The notes under the pieces are model-generated. The model had not been told where the DNA came from and ran no database searches. It was given only the letters and a program-made list of their open reading frames with translations. A stretch of DNA of 64,000 bases, taken from Candidatus Omnitrophota bacterium (GTDB lineage: Bacteria > Omnitrophota > Gorgyraeia > Zapsychrales > Aceulaceae). Numbering within the stretch: position 1 is the stretch's first letter; every line of letters begins with the position of its first letter. Made by a program: the position numbers and the translations under genes. This document shows positions 26,374 through 37,529 of this stretch, piece by piece. The stretch covers positions 11,479 to 75,478 of the forward strand of contig JAKQPK010000023.1 in the NCBI GenBank assembly GCA_029564765.1, read 5' to 3'.

Positions 26374-26871
26374 TCAAAATCCAAGCTTACCCTTGGGCTT
26401 TTGCGGCTCTTCGAATAGATTTTTCAAAGCACTAAATACTACTTGAAATTGCTTGTCGTATTTCCTTTCCATCTCTTCGATTTTACGCCTGATATTAACA
26501 TTTGTTAAAGACATCCGGCGTAATTGGGTAAATGCGCGCATGATTTGAATGTTGACAGCGATCGCCCTATCGCTACTTAATACTCCCGAAAGCATCGCAA
26601 CGCCTTGCTCGGTAAAAGCTAAAGGCAAGTGGGGCGAAAATTTTAAGAATTTGAGGTGGTCGCAAATTGCGACCACCTCTTCTTTTTCTTTATTCGTTAA
26701 CTGGAACATAAAATCTTCCGGGAATCGTTTTTTGTTCCTTTTTACCTGCTCGTTGAGCCGTTTTGTTTGCACGCCATACAATAAAGCCAAATCGCTATCC
26801 ATCATGACTTTTTTGCCCCGAATGAAGAATATCTTGCTGGTGATAGCCTCAGCTGAAATTAAATTAGGCAT
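26374..26871 (-). CDS. ORF6N (KilA-N-related) domain protein
   Basis: 165 aa; IFFIRGKKVMMDSDLALLYGVQTKRLNEQVKRNKKRFPEDFMFQLT matches the ORF6N domain consensus. AT-rich. Confidence 0.62.
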   Translation of the reverse strand: MPNLISAEAITSKIFFIRGKKVMMDSDLALLYGVQTKRLNEQVKRNKKRFPEDFMFQLTNKEKEEVVAICDHLKFLKFSPHLPLAFTEQGVAMLSGVLSSDRAIAVNIQIMRAFTQLRRMSLTNVNIRRKIEEMERKYDKQFQVVFSALKNLFEEPQKPKGKLGF

Positions 26872-27054
26872 GACTGTTCTTCCTTCCCGCAGGATACGCT
26901 TCTGAGCTGAAAAAATAAGATTTCACGGATACATACACCGTTAGTCAGATATCTACTGCCAGACTTTTAGCTAATTTGATATATACCACTCACGTGTGTG
27001 GATGTCAAGAAATTTCCCCAGGTAGCCTCTAAATGTCTTGATCATTTATTGCTT

Positions 27055-27092
27055 CTCCAAAACAAAAGTGCCCCGACGATTTGTCGGGGCAC
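27055..27092 (-). terminator. rho-independent terminator downstream of groEL
   Basis: GC-rich hairpin GTGCCCCGAC-loop-GTCGGGGCAC followed on the minus strand by TTTTGTTTT. A second AT-richer hairpin (ttattccgacatttgtcggaataa, 27196-27219) lies closer to the stop. Confidence 0.7.
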
Positions 27093-27227
27093 TTATTAGT
27101 TACGCTTGTTTTGTAGATAGACGATTCAAGATGTTTTGCCTTTCTTAAAGGAGATCCCGCGGCTACTTGTCTGCCTTCGGCAGAAAAGCAGCCTGGGATA
27201 ATTTATTCCGACATTTGTCGGAATAAA

Positions 27228-28895
<1,668 letters not shown>

Positions 28896-28917
28896 CTAAG
28901 ACAGGTTAAATGGTAAA

Positions 28918-29226
28918 TTATTTCTTGCCTTTTTCAACATTGATAACAGCTAACACATCTTCTTCGCGCATGATCAAAAGATCTTCGCCGTCCTTGGTCT
29001 TGATCTCTGTGCCGCTATATTTTCCGTAGAGCACGCGATCGCCTTTCTTTAATTCTAAAGCCTGGACATTGCCGTTCTCAAGGACCTTGCCTTTGCCGAC
29101 AGCAACGACTTCGCCCTCTTGAGGCTTTTCCTTCGCTGTGTCTGGAAGGATGATACCGCCCTTGGTCTTTTCTTCAGCCGCCAGCGGTCGCACAATAACT
29201 CTGTCGCCCAATGGTTGAATGTTCAT
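28918..29226 (-). CDS. groES: co-chaperonin GroES
   Basis: 102 aa; [12 protein letters not shown]...KTKGGIILP motifs. CIRCE operator upstream. Confidence 0.9.
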   Translation of the reverse strand: MNIQPLGDRVIVRPLAAEEKTKGGIILPDTAKEKPQEGEVVAVGKGKVLENGNVQALELKKGDRVLYGKYSGTEIKTKDGEDLLIMREEDVLAVINVEKGKK

Positions 29227-29269
29227 TCCTCTACCTCCTTGATTGTGTTGTTAAGTGTTGAACTTGCGG

Positions 29270-29296
29270 TTAGCACTCTTAATTTACGAGTGCTAA
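29270..29296 (-). promoter_or_regulatory. CIRCE operator (HrcA binding site) upstream of groES
   Basis: Exact TTAGCACTC-N9-GAGTGCTAA inverted repeat, 44 nt upstream of the groES start. Confidence 0.9.
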
Positions 29297-29324
29297 ATAT
29301 ACAAAAAAATTTTTTTGTTGTCAA
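29296..29324 (-). promoter_or_regulatory. sigma-70-type promoter of groES-groEL
   Basis: On the minus strand: TTGACA - 17 nt - TATATT, immediately upstream of and abutting CIRCE. Confidence 0.7.
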
Positions 29325-29330
29325 GTTTTT

Positions 29331-30698
29331 TTATGCCCATGGCAAAAAATAACGCACGGCATGGCAATATAAAAAGGAAAAAATATTTAGCCCGATCAAG
29401 AACAAAGAACAGGCCAGCACGATAACGCCCGCGCGCAAATACGGACGCGCGAACTGAATGATCCCGACGGAAAAGATTACCGCGATAGGCGCGATCACAG
29501 GATACAGATAGCGGCCTTGCGGCTGGTATTTGATCATCATGACATACGCGATAATGGATACGATCTCCAGCGCGATCGCCAACCACAAAAAAGGAAACGT
29601 ATGTCCTGGAAAGCCGATCTTTTTTTGCGCGGACCCTACCCCAGCCCCAACAATCCCGGCCGCCAGCAACCCTCCCGAAAGAATATACAATAACCGCGGC
29701 AGTTGAATCGTCATCCAGCCAAACACACCCCAGAATGATGAATAGCAAAAATACAAAAGATATCCAACGCTCCAACGATAACCTGCTTGGTTGAGAAAAG
29801 AAAAAATATCGCGCTCGACAACAAAAGCCGGCGCCTGCGCCAGAAATTCTTTTAACCGCTGTGTGTATGCAGCATATCCGAAAAGATCCCCGTACAAAAC
29901 AGCGTTACGCACAAAAAACCATCCACTAGCCACCAGACAGACAGCGCCAGCGATCGCTAAAAAACGCCAGCGCCTTTCACGAGGCAGAGAAAAAAGAAGG
30001 AACAAAATACTCGCCGCGATAACGCTGTAGCCAGATATCTTTGATAAGATACCACACCCCAGCCCCGCCCCCAAAGCGATCGCCGCGCGCGCGGACCAGC
30101 GCGTATCCAGCGCGTAAAACCAAAGCCTGACGATCAAGGTCGCGATAAAGGCGGTGATGATATCCGGATTCATATAAGCGCTTAAAAAAGTGAATTGCGG
30201 TAAGAATGCGACGAATATAGTGGATAACTTTTGGAATGCTCGGTCGTCGGGGCGCAGCTTCTTCGCGATATCGTAAACCAGCAAGACGATCCCAACGGCA
30301 CACAGCGCGGATAAAAATCTGGCAAAATAAAAAATTGGGACCCCAGGAAAGAAATGGCCAAATTTTAAGAACATACCCATAAGGATATGCGGGCCGCAAG
30401 GCCACATCATATAGACAGGTTTTAGTTCGTACAAAAAAATGTTCTGGAACATACCCGACTGCTGATGATACGCGACAAGCTCATCAGTAATAGGAAGGCG
30501 TGTGGCGATCGATGAAAAATAAAAATCTTGATCCAGAGGTAAGACCGGGATACGGTTGCGCGCGGCCACAAAAGCAGCCAGGCGATAATGATCATATTCA
30601 TCTGGAGCGCCATTAAAGGGAATAGAGAATATCCACACGAGGCTGTTGAGAAAAACAGCGCCGATGACAACAAGGATAAAGATATCAATCTTTGGTCG
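29331..30698 (-). CDS. polytopic membrane glycosyltransferase, GT39/ArnT/PMT-like
   Basis: About 455 aa; many TM helices with a DE-containing first loop (NGAPDEYDHYRL). Start uncertain: the table ORF runs to 30809 and overlaps coaX by 125 nt; the GTG at ~30698 is a guess. Confidence 0.5.
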   Translation of the reverse strand, partial: RPKIDIFILVVIGAVFLNSLVWIFSIPFNGAPDEYDHYRLAAFVAARNRIPVLPLDQDFYFSSIATRLPITDELVAYHQQSGMFQNIFLYELKPVYMMWPCGPHILMGMFLKFGHFFPGVPIFYFARFLSALCAVGIVLLVYDIAKKLRPDDRAFQKLSTIFVAFLPQFTFLSAYMNPDIITAFIATLIVRLWFYALDTRWSARAAIALGAGLGCGILSKISGYSVIAASILFLLFSLPRERRWRFLAIAGAVCLVASGWFFVRNAVLYGDLFGYAAYTQRLKEFLAQAPAFVVERDIFSFLNQAGYRWSVGYLLYFCYSSFWGVFGWMTIQLPRLLYILSGGLLAAGIVGAGVGSAQKKIGFPGHTFPFLWLAIALEIVSIIAYVMMIKYQPQGRYLYPVIAPIAVIFSVGIIQFARPYLRAGVIVLACSLFLIGLNIFSFLYCHAVRYFLPWA

Positions 30699-31470
30699 CA
30701 CAGAAGGCCAGCAGCAATCCTTTAAGGACGAGGTCAGGTTCGAATTTATCAACACAGCGCTTAAGCGATGTTCCCATAAAGTTCCCATAGCCGCCCGTGA
30801 GGATGACAATGGCGCGCCGTGAGAATTTTTTCTTCATCTTGGCAACAAGGCCTTCGATGAGCGCGGTGTAGCCATGGAACATACCGCTTAAAATACTTTC
30901 CTGCGTGTTACGGCCGATCAAATAGGATGGCTTTTGGATCTTGACTTGCGGCAACAAGGCCGTATGCTCTGCTAACGCCCTCAAAGACAAACGGATGCCG
31001 GGCACAATGACTCCCCCTTCATACGCGCCTTGCGCGCAGACAACATCCATGGTCAGCGCTGTTCCAAAATCGATGACGATCGACGGAGATCCGTAAAGCA
31101 TTTTGGCGGCGTACGCGCACGCCAACCGGTCTTGGCCGACCTGGCGGGCCGCGCGATAATTATTCTTGATCGGAATACGCAGATTTTTTCCAGCGACAAG
31201 GACCTTTCCTTGAAATGAACGCGCGAAAACTTTTTGCACAAGCCTTAAGGCAGATGGTACAACACTGCAAACAAGAACAACAGACAGCTTTGGATATTTT
31301 CGTTGTAAGACATGAAGCATTTTTTCCACGTGGCGGCTAAAAAGCTTTTGGCTCACGCTGGTTTCGATCCTGTGACGGTCCACGGCACGCGCTCCTTTAA
31401 AAACGACAAAGGAGGTCATCGTGTTCCCGATGTCGGCCGTTAAGATATATGTTTCCTGTGATGTGAACAT
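30685..31470 (-). CDS. coaX: type III pantothenate kinase
   Basis: 261 aa; ILTADIGNT N-terminal motif and DFGTA..MD / ILTGG motifs of the Bvg accessory factor/CoaX family. Confidence 0.8.
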   Translation of the reverse strand: MFTSQETYILTADIGNTMTSFVVFKGARAVDRHRIETSVSQKLFSRHVEKMLHVLQRKYPKLSVVLVCSVVPSALRLVQKVFARSFQGKVLVAGKNLRIPIKNNYRAARQVGQDRLACAYAAKMLYGSPSIVIDFGTALTMDVVCAQGAYEGGVIVPGIRLSLRALAEHTALLPQVKIQKPSYLIGRNTQESILSGMFHGYTALIEGLVAKMKKKFSRRAIVILTGGYGNFMGTSLKRCVDKFEPDLVLKGLLLAFCATKD

Positions 31471-33209
31471 TAGAGTTTCTCTAAAGCTGTTTTGGCTGCT
31501 TCAAAGCGCGGCTCGATCTTCAAGGCTCGCGTGAACATATCCCGTGCTGCGCTTACCTTCCCCTGTTTCTGGTAAACCAAACCCATTCCATAATAAAGCC
31601 AAAAGTAGTTTTTGTCCATATCTTGCCCGGCCTGAAAATAAGCCAGGGCTTTTTCGTGTTCTCCCAGAAAATGGTGAGTGACACCCAAATTATAATAATG
31701 GGACACGCTATTTTGATCCAGCCGAAAGGCGCTAGAAAATTCGATAAGAGCCAAGTCGTGTTGACCCATTAGACCATAAAGCGTCCCTATGGCACTGTGA
31801 AGAGCGATCTTTTGCGCATCAGGCCTTTGAAGCGCCTGACGATAGGCCTCAAGAGCTTTGTCATAATAAGCACTTCCATGATACGCGTAAGCATCGCCTA
31901 GGTAGTGGAATGGCTTAGCGCTTCGAGGTGTTTTCTGGCAAGTATCCGACCATAGGGTCACATCGTTGCGCCAAATATAATTGCGTGACGCGGAAGCCTG
32001 TCCATACAACCCTAAGACAAGAACAAGCCCTATCCCTAAAATCATCTGCTCTTGGCGCGCGTCGTGCTTCGATAAGCGCTTAGAAGCCTCCACGATCACC
32101 CATGCCAAAAAAAAGCAAAAGGAAACTGAAGGAAGGTACATGAACCTTTCCGCGAACAATCCCCCGATCGGAATGATGTTTGAGATCATAAAACTGGTGA
32201 TGAAGAAAAAAAGAGCGAAGAATGATGCCAAACGGTAACGCTTGGCCATCGTTATCGCGAAAGACAAAATACTGCCGACAATGAAAAAGGACAGGAAGAT
32301 CTCCACAGCCGAAAGCGTTTCTGGCTGCGGCAAAAGATAAAAAGCTGACAAGCGAAAAGGATAGATCAGGATCCAAAAATAATTTAGAAATGTTTTCGCG
32401 AACATAGCCACTTGGGCCAGGACCCCGCCATCAGAAATGATGTTAAATCCTAGATTCAAATGCCAAAAACCTAATGCCGCGGCTTTCTGCATCACAAAAA
32501 CTCGAGCTGCTATATAGCAGGCTGCCGGCAGCACGAACCACGCGTACCGCATCAATCGACGCGCCAGATCCCTGAAACGAAATTCCGCGATAAAGTAAAG
32601 ATCGTAAAGCACAAAAATAGCCGGCAATACGATCGCTTCTTCCTTGGCAAAGATCGCGAGAAAACAAAAAACAACAGAAAATAAAAAATATTTCTTATCT
32701 CCAGTCTTGGTACTCTGCAGAAAGAACCAAAACGACAACAATGATAAAAAAGACGCCAGGACACCCATATAATTAAAGATCGGCGCAACCGCTTCTACAT
32801 GAATGGGGTGGACCGCGAAAATAAGCGCTGTTATCAAGCCTGTTTTTTTGCTCAAGGCCATCTGACTGATCAAAAGAAAAACAAGAAATGTAGTCCCCAG
32901 ATGCAAAAGCAGACTGGTCAAATGCAATCCAAAAGTGTTCAACCCCCAGAGCTGATACATCAACATCAAAAAAAGCATCGACACCGGACGATAATAGCCG
33001 CTGGGCTTGGCGATCGGTGTCACGACCGCGACATCACTGGTCAAGACCTCCGGCAGATTCGAGAAATTGCGGATAAACTCATTATCCTTGATCAAATAAT
33101 GGTCATCATAAACAAAGCCATTAGAAAGCGCGTTGCCAAATACCACGAAGACCGCAACAGCCAAGATCCCTAGGTATACCCAATTATTTTTTGCGTTCCA
33201 CATGCCCAT
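31470..33209 (-). CDS. membrane protein with N-terminal PMT/TMTC-like multi-TM domain and C-terminal TPR repeats
   Basis: About 580 aa from MGMWNAK (the table ORF starts at 33296 and overlaps uvrB). FVYDDHYLIKDN motif, then ~10 TM helices. C-terminal TPR-like repeats (YLGDAYAYHG..., YNLGVTHHFLGE..., YGMGLVYQKQGK). Confidence 0.55.
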   Translation of the reverse strand: MGMWNAKNNWVYLGILAVAVFVVFGNALSNGFVYDDHYLIKDNEFIRNFSNLPEVLTSDVAVVTPIAKPSGYYRPVSMLFLMLMYQLWGLNTFGLHLTSLLLHLGTTFLVFLLISQMALSKKTGLITALIFAVHPIHVEAVAPIFNYMGVLASFLSLLSFWFFLQSTKTGDKKYFLFSVVFCFLAIFAKEEAIVLPAIFVLYDLYFIAEFRFRDLARRLMRYAWFVLPAACYIAARVFVMQKAAALGFWHLNLGFNIISDGGVLAQVAMFAKTFLNYFWILIYPFRLSAFYLLPQPETLSAVEIFLSFFIVGSILSFAITMAKRYRLASFFALFFFITSFMISNIIPIGGLFAERFMYLPSVSFCFFLAWVIVEASKRLSKHDARQEQMILGIGLVLVLGLYGQASASRNYIWRNDVTLWSDTCQKTPRSAKPFHYLGDAYAYHGSAYYDKALEAYRQALQRPDAQKIALHSAIGTLYGLMGQHDLALIEFSSAFRLDQNSVSHYYNLGVTHHFLGEHEKALAYFQAGQDMDKNYFWLYYGMGLVYQKQGKVSAARDMFTRALKIEPRFEAAKTALEKL

Positions 33210-35169
33210 ATTTTTTGAGCTCCGTGATCTTATCCCGCAGAAGGGCCGCTTTTTCAAACAATAAATTACGTGCCGCAAGCTCCATGTCGCGCTCAAGATC
33301 TACGATCAATTCTTGCAAAGCCCTTTCTTCGCCATCTTGTCCGACAACTTCATCGACGATCTCATCGGCTTTACTGTACTGCTCGATCCCCTGACGGATC
33401 GCCTTCTGGATGGTTTGCGGCGTGATCTTGTGCGTCTCATTATACGCCAACTGAATGGCGCGGCGGCGTTCGCATTCTTGGATCGTAGCCTTCATAGCCG
33501 CGGAGATCTTGTCCGCGTACATAATGACCATGCCGTTGACATGACGCGCGGCTCGTCCTGAAACCTGGATCAAAGATGTCTGGGACCGCAAAAAACCTTC
33601 TTTATCCGCGTCCAAGATCGCGACTAGCGAAACCTCCGGAAGATCAAGGCCTTCACGTAATAGATTAACCCCAACCAAGCAATCAAAATTCTTCATGCGT
33701 AAATTTTGCAGGATCTTAGCGCGATCAATGGTCTCAATATCGCAATGCATATACTTAACCTTGATCTTTTGCTTCTCGAGATACGCCGCCAAATCCTCGG
33801 CCATTCGCTTGGTCATCGTGGTCACCAACGCGCGTTCGCTTTTTTTGACACGCTGCTTGATCTCGCGAACCAGATCGCTAACCTGGTCCTTACTGGAGCG
33901 AACACTGATCGGCGGATCCACGATCCCTGTTGGCCGGATGATCTGCTCAACGATATGGTCCTTACTTTCCTTGCGTTCAAACGGACCTGGCGTTGCTGAC
34001 ACATAAATACGCTGGCCGATCGCGCCTTGGATCTCCGGGAATCTCAAGGGGCGGTTATCCAAGCAAGACGGCAGGCGGAATCCATGCTCGACCAAGGTTT
34101 GCTTACGCGCTCTATCGCCTTCGTACATGCCGTTAAGTTGAGGGATCGTTACATGCGATTCATCGATGATCGTCAAAAAATCCTTCGGGAAATAATCGAT
34201 CAGCGTGAATGGACGGCTTCCCGATGGACGCCCTGATAAGGGGCGAGAATAATTCTCGATGCCGTGGCAATAACCCACCTCTCGCAGCATCTCCATGTCA
34301 TAGCGTGTCCGCGATTCCAATCGCTGCGCCTCAACGAGCTTTCCCTTTGCTTTCAAAAACGCTACATGCTCTTGCAATTCTTTATCGATCAGGGTAATGC
34401 CACTCTCGATCGTCTGCGAAGGCATAATAAAATGCTTAGCAGGATAAATAGCGATCTTTTCCAGGCTGACCAAGACCTTTCCCGATACAGGATCGATCTG
34501 GGCGATACGCTCAACCTTGTCCCCAAAGAATTCCACCCTGACCGCGTCCCGTCGGTAAGCCGGAAAAATCTCGACAACATCCCCGCGCACGCGAAATTTT
34601 CCCCGCGTCAGCTCATAATCATTGCGCTCATATTGAATATCCAAAAGCTGGCGTAACGCCTCATCGCGGTCCAAGGCCTGGCCTTTTTCGAGCCAAAGCA
34701 ATAATTCTTTGTAATCATCCGGAGAACCTAGGTTGTAGATACACGAAACGCTTGCCACGATGATCACATCCCGCCGCGTGATCAGCGATGTGGTCGCGGC
34801 TAAACGCAATTGGTCCAACTGGTCGTTGATCGAGGCATCTTTTTCGATATAAACGTCTGTTTGGGGGATATACGCTTCCGGCTGATAATAATCATAGTAG
34901 CTGACAAAGTATTCGACAGCATTATCCGGAAAGAACTCCTTAAATTCGCCGTATAGCTGGGCTGCTAGGGTTTTGTTGTGGGAGATCACCAATGTCGGAC
35001 GGTTCACGGCTTCAATGACATTCGCGAGCGTGAATGTCTTACCGCTTCCGGTCACTCCCAGCAGGATCTGGGCAGAGATATCCTGGCGAAGATGGGCAAC
35101 GATCTGCTGCGCGGCTTTTTGCTGTTCGTCAACAGGCTTAAAAGGACTTTTTAAGACAAAACGATTCAT
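33184..35169 (-). CDS. uvrB: excinuclease ABC subunit B
   Basis: 661 aa; Walker A GVTGSGKT, DESH box (IIDESHVTIPQ), helicase motifs, and a C-terminal UVR domain (ALLRDKITELKK). Confidence 0.9.
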   Translation of the reverse strand: MNRFVLKSPFKPVDEQQKAAQQIVAHLRQDISAQILLGVTGSGKTFTLANVIEAVNRPTLVISHNKTLAAQLYGEFKEFFPDNAVEYFVSYYDYYQPEAYIPQTDVYIEKDASINDQLDQLRLAATTSLITRRDVIIVASVSCIYNLGSPDDYKELLLWLEKGQALDRDEALRQLLDIQYERNDYELTRGKFRVRGDVVEIFPAYRRDAVRVEFFGDKVERIAQIDPVSGKVLVSLEKIAIYPAKHFIMPSQTIESGITLIDKELQEHVAFLKAKGKLVEAQRLESRTRYDMEMLREVGYCHGIENYSRPLSGRPSGSRPFTLIDYFPKDFLTIIDESHVTIPQLNGMYEGDRARKQTLVEHGFRLPSCLDNRPLRFPEIQGAIGQRIYVSATPGPFERKESKDHIVEQIIRPTGIVDPPISVRSSKDQVSDLVREIKQRVKKSERALVTTMTKRMAEDLAAYLEKQKIKVKYMHCDIETIDRAKILQNLRMKNFDCLVGVNLLREGLDLPEVSLVAILDADKEGFLRSQTSLIQVSGRAARHVNGMVIMYADKISAAMKATIQECERRRAIQLAYNETHKITPQTIQKAIRQGIEQYSKADEIVDEVVGQDGEERALQELIVDLERDMELAARNLLFEKAALLRDKITELKKYGHVERKK

Positions 35170-35195
35170 GCCGCAACGATCTTTCGCACGACCTC

Positions 35196-35672
35196 TTACA
35201 ACTTTGCGTTCGTGCTGTTAATGGACTTCTCGATCTCGGCGAACACTTTTTGAACAAGCCCGTCATTCTTATAGCTTTCCATGTTCTTGATCGCCACGGA
35301 AAGAACGGAATAATAACGGACCTCGATCTCAACTTTTTCATTGTTTTCTTTGATCAGAACGTTGAGCATCGTATAGCGGGAGCTTAAAAACATAGATGTC
35401 TGGCGCACATTCGTGAACAAGATCACTTGATGGGGTTGAGCCTCCGCGGCCGCTTTATCACTCTCAAAAACAACAGGATTAACCTCTCGCGTGATCTTCC
35501 AGCCAAGCCGTTCAAGCGCGTGTGTCGTCGCGGTCACGGCCTTGTCATAGCTCGTATAAAATTCCTGACGATAAGGGTTCTTGTCTTTAAGATATTGAGG
35601 CATCTGGACCGTTATACATCCTGCCAAAACTAATGTGCTGATCAGCATCAACGAATGAATATGTCTTTTCAT
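35196..35672 (-). CDS. lipoprotein, hypothetical
   Basis: 158 aa; signal peptide plus lipobox (LVLAGC); no recognised domain. Confidence 0.4.
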   Translation of the reverse strand: MKRHIHSLMLISTLVLAGCITVQMPQYLKDKNPYRQEFYTSYDKAVTATTHALERLGWKITREVNPVVFESDKAAAEAQPHQVILFTNVRQTSMFLSSRYTMLNVLIKENNEKVEIEVRYYSVLSVAIKNMESYKNDGLVQKVFAEIEKSINSTNAKL

Positions 35673-35683
35673 AGAAAATCCTC

Positions 35684-35995
35684 CTAACAGATTTTACCGT
35701 GTTTATAGGGACGGTTTTTATTCTTTTCGGTCTTTTTAATGATCTCCTGGGCGATATCGATCTTTAATCCACCGCAGAGATCGAACAAACGGATAAAGGT
35801 GTCCGCGATCTCCTCTTTAAAGTTCGCGCCATCTTGCACGCGATAGGATTCCATGGCTTCCGCAAGCTCGGTAACGATCAGCATCAGGGCTTCGCCTAAA
35901 TTCCTCTTTTCATCCCAAAAACCCTTTTCTACCGCGATATTGTGGCACAGGGATGCCCATTCGTCCAAGGTCAATGTTCTCAATTCCTTTGTCAT
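35684..35995 (-). CDS. MazG-like nucleotide pyrophosphohydrolase (all-alpha NTP-PPase) domain protein
   Basis: 103 aa; EW...IAVEKGFWDE...ALMLIVTELAEAMES pattern of small MazG/NTP-PPase proteins (E.E.E/D metal ligands). Confidence 0.5.
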   Translation of the reverse strand: MTKELRTLTLDEWASLCHNIAVEKGFWDEKRNLGEALMLIVTELAEAMESYRVQDGANFKEEIADTFIRLFDLCGGLKIDIAQEIIKKTEKNKNRPYKHGKIC

Positions 35996-36008
35996 CTTTT
36001 TTCTCGTT

Positions 36009-36674
36009 TCAATGATTTGTTATGAACGCCGCCATGTCTTGCGCGAGCGGGGCTTGTACATGCGCATCTTTTTTGGTGATCGGATGACGCCATGCCAGCG
36101 AAGCGGCATGCAAAGCTGTTCGACGGAATTTCAGGTCAAAATCTTTCGCGAATGCGTATTTGCGCTCTCCCAGCAAAGGATGACCGATCATACTAAAATG
36201 GATACGGATCTGATTGCTGCGGCCGGTCTTAATAAAGACTTCAACGATGCTGTAGCCGGTCTTTTGCTTTAAGACGCGGTATTCTGTGATCGCCGTTTTC
36301 GGCCTAGCAAAGCGATCATGCCGCCTTTCATCAAAGCTCATGACAGGACGATCGATCACGCCCTGCTGTTGGCGCATTCTTCCATGCGCAAAAGCGATAT
36401 ATTGTTTTTTCACAGAACGTCCACGAAACGCATCCATCATCAACTGCTGATTTCTTTTTCCACGGGCAAAAAGGATCACGCCAGAAGTATCACGATCTAG
36501 ACGATGACAGGGATACAGGGCGCCTTCTCCGGCCTGAGGGGGGCACTGCTGGTTGACGATCTCGGTCAATGTTTTCTTTTCATCAGGGGCAGGGACAACC
36601 AAAAGTCCGGCGGGTTTATCAAAAACATAATACCATGGATCTTGATACAAAATATCGACCGGCTTCACTCCCAA
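36009..36674 (-). CDS. RluA-family pseudouridine synthase
   Basis: 221 aa; catalytic HRLDRDTSGVILFAR motif; no S4 domain, so RluA/TruC-like. Confidence 0.8.
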   Translation of the reverse strand: MGVKPVDILYQDPWYYVFDKPAGLLVVPAPDEKKTLTEIVNQQCPPQAGEGALYPCHRLDRDTSGVILFARGKRNQQLMMDAFRGRSVKKQYIAFAHGRMRQQQGVIDRPVMSFDERRHDRFARPKTAITEYRVLKQKTGYSIVEVFIKTGRSNQIRIHFSMIGHPLLGERKYAFAKDFDLKFRRTALHAASLAWRHPITKKDAHVQAPLAQDMAAFITNH

Positions 36675-36703
36675 TCCCCTTTAAACATCCAGCAGGATGA
36701 TCC

Positions 36704-36879
36704 TATCCTGATGCCTGCGGCGTATCGCGGTCCTCATCCTCGAACTGCGCCTGCAAAACATCAACAATATAATTCAATTTCTTAATGATAATGATCGGAA
36801 ACACGACCAACCATACCTGGAATGCCAAAGACAAAATAGCCTGAAAATACGTTATGGATACTGTCAAATTGCTTTCCAT
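36704..36879 (-). CDS. possible small membrane protein (58 aa)
   Basis: Hand-translated ORF MESNLTVSITYFQAILSLAFQVWLVVFPIIIIKKLNYIVDVLQAQFEDEDRDTPQASG, below the table cutoff. One predicted TM helix. No SD check possible; speculative. Confidence 0.2.
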
Positions 36880-36907
36880 GTCAGATCATCTTTCGGTTTA
36901 GGAGCGC

Positions 36908-37279
36908 TCAGCTTGAAGTTTGATGCTCAAGAAGGGTCGAGATATATTCCGCGATCACCTTCTTATCGCGGTCCTGCACATCATTGAAGTAAATGGCGAC
37001 ATTGAAATTATTTTGCTGAGGGTAAGGCTCAGTGCGGACAACAACGCCTGAACAAGAAACTTTTTTCGTGGATAACTTATTATTGCGCCTGAGCGGCAAA
37101 AGAAGCTGCACCTTAAGCTTAGTCATGGGCTCTAAATACTGACTGACCGTACAATAAGCCCCAGAACAGCTTAAATTCTTGCTTTCTGTTACGATATCAA
37201 AATCTTCACTAGATATCTTAAGCGGAATATTATTCTCGATGCGAGGACTTCGTCGTCTTTCCTTGCTCGACATGATCAA
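36908..37279 (-). CDS. PilZ domain protein (c-di-GMP receptor-like)
   Basis: 123 aa; RRSPRIE (RxxxR) and NLSCSGAY (D/NxSxxG) c-di-GMP binding motifs. Confidence 0.6.
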   Translation of the reverse strand: MIMSSKERRRSPRIENNIPLKISSEDFDIVTESKNLSCSGAYCTVSQYLEPMTKLKVQLLLPLRRNNKLSTKKVSCSGVVVRTEPYPQQNNFNVAIYFNDVQDRDKKVIAEYISTLLEHQTSS

Positions 37280-37296
37280 AACTTTACCTCTTTAAT

Positions 37297-37474
37297 TACT
37301 TATTGTTCTCTTGGCCTTCATCCTGCTTGGCTTGTTGCGCCTTTGCCCAGCAGTTCTTATTGCAATAATAATGGCCGTTACGATAATAACGCTTTGCCTT
37401 CTTTAAAGCCTTCTTGCAGGCCGGACAATTCTTAACAACCTCTACCTCTTGGGGTGCAGCTGCTTCATTTGCCA
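37297..37474 (-). CDS. possible small zinc-ribbon protein (59 aa)
   Basis: Hand-translated ORF MANEAAAPQEVEVVKNCPACKKALKKAKRYYRNGHYYCNKNCWAKAQQAKQDEGQENNK between the two PilZ genes. CPAC...C..NC resembles YHS/TRASH-type metal-binding ribbons. Below the 60-aa table cutoff. Confidence 0.3.
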
Positions 37475-37529
37475 TGGTACAATTGTACTCCTTTCTTCAT
37501 AAAAATCACGAAAATTCTTATATTTGAGA

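Noticed and set aside
29293-29775. 160-aa ORF on the minus strand overlapping the 3' end of the GT39-like gene, and the many 60-145 aa ORFs antisense to or in alternate frames of large conserved genes (e.g. 35..238, 863..1075, 2483..2920, 17026..17664, 27675..28079, 38710..39132)
   Set aside because: They lie inside well-supported conserved CDSs, have no independent motifs or SDs, and have skewed low-complexity compositions (Arg/Ser/Cys-rich) typical of out-of-frame translation of GC-normal DNA.
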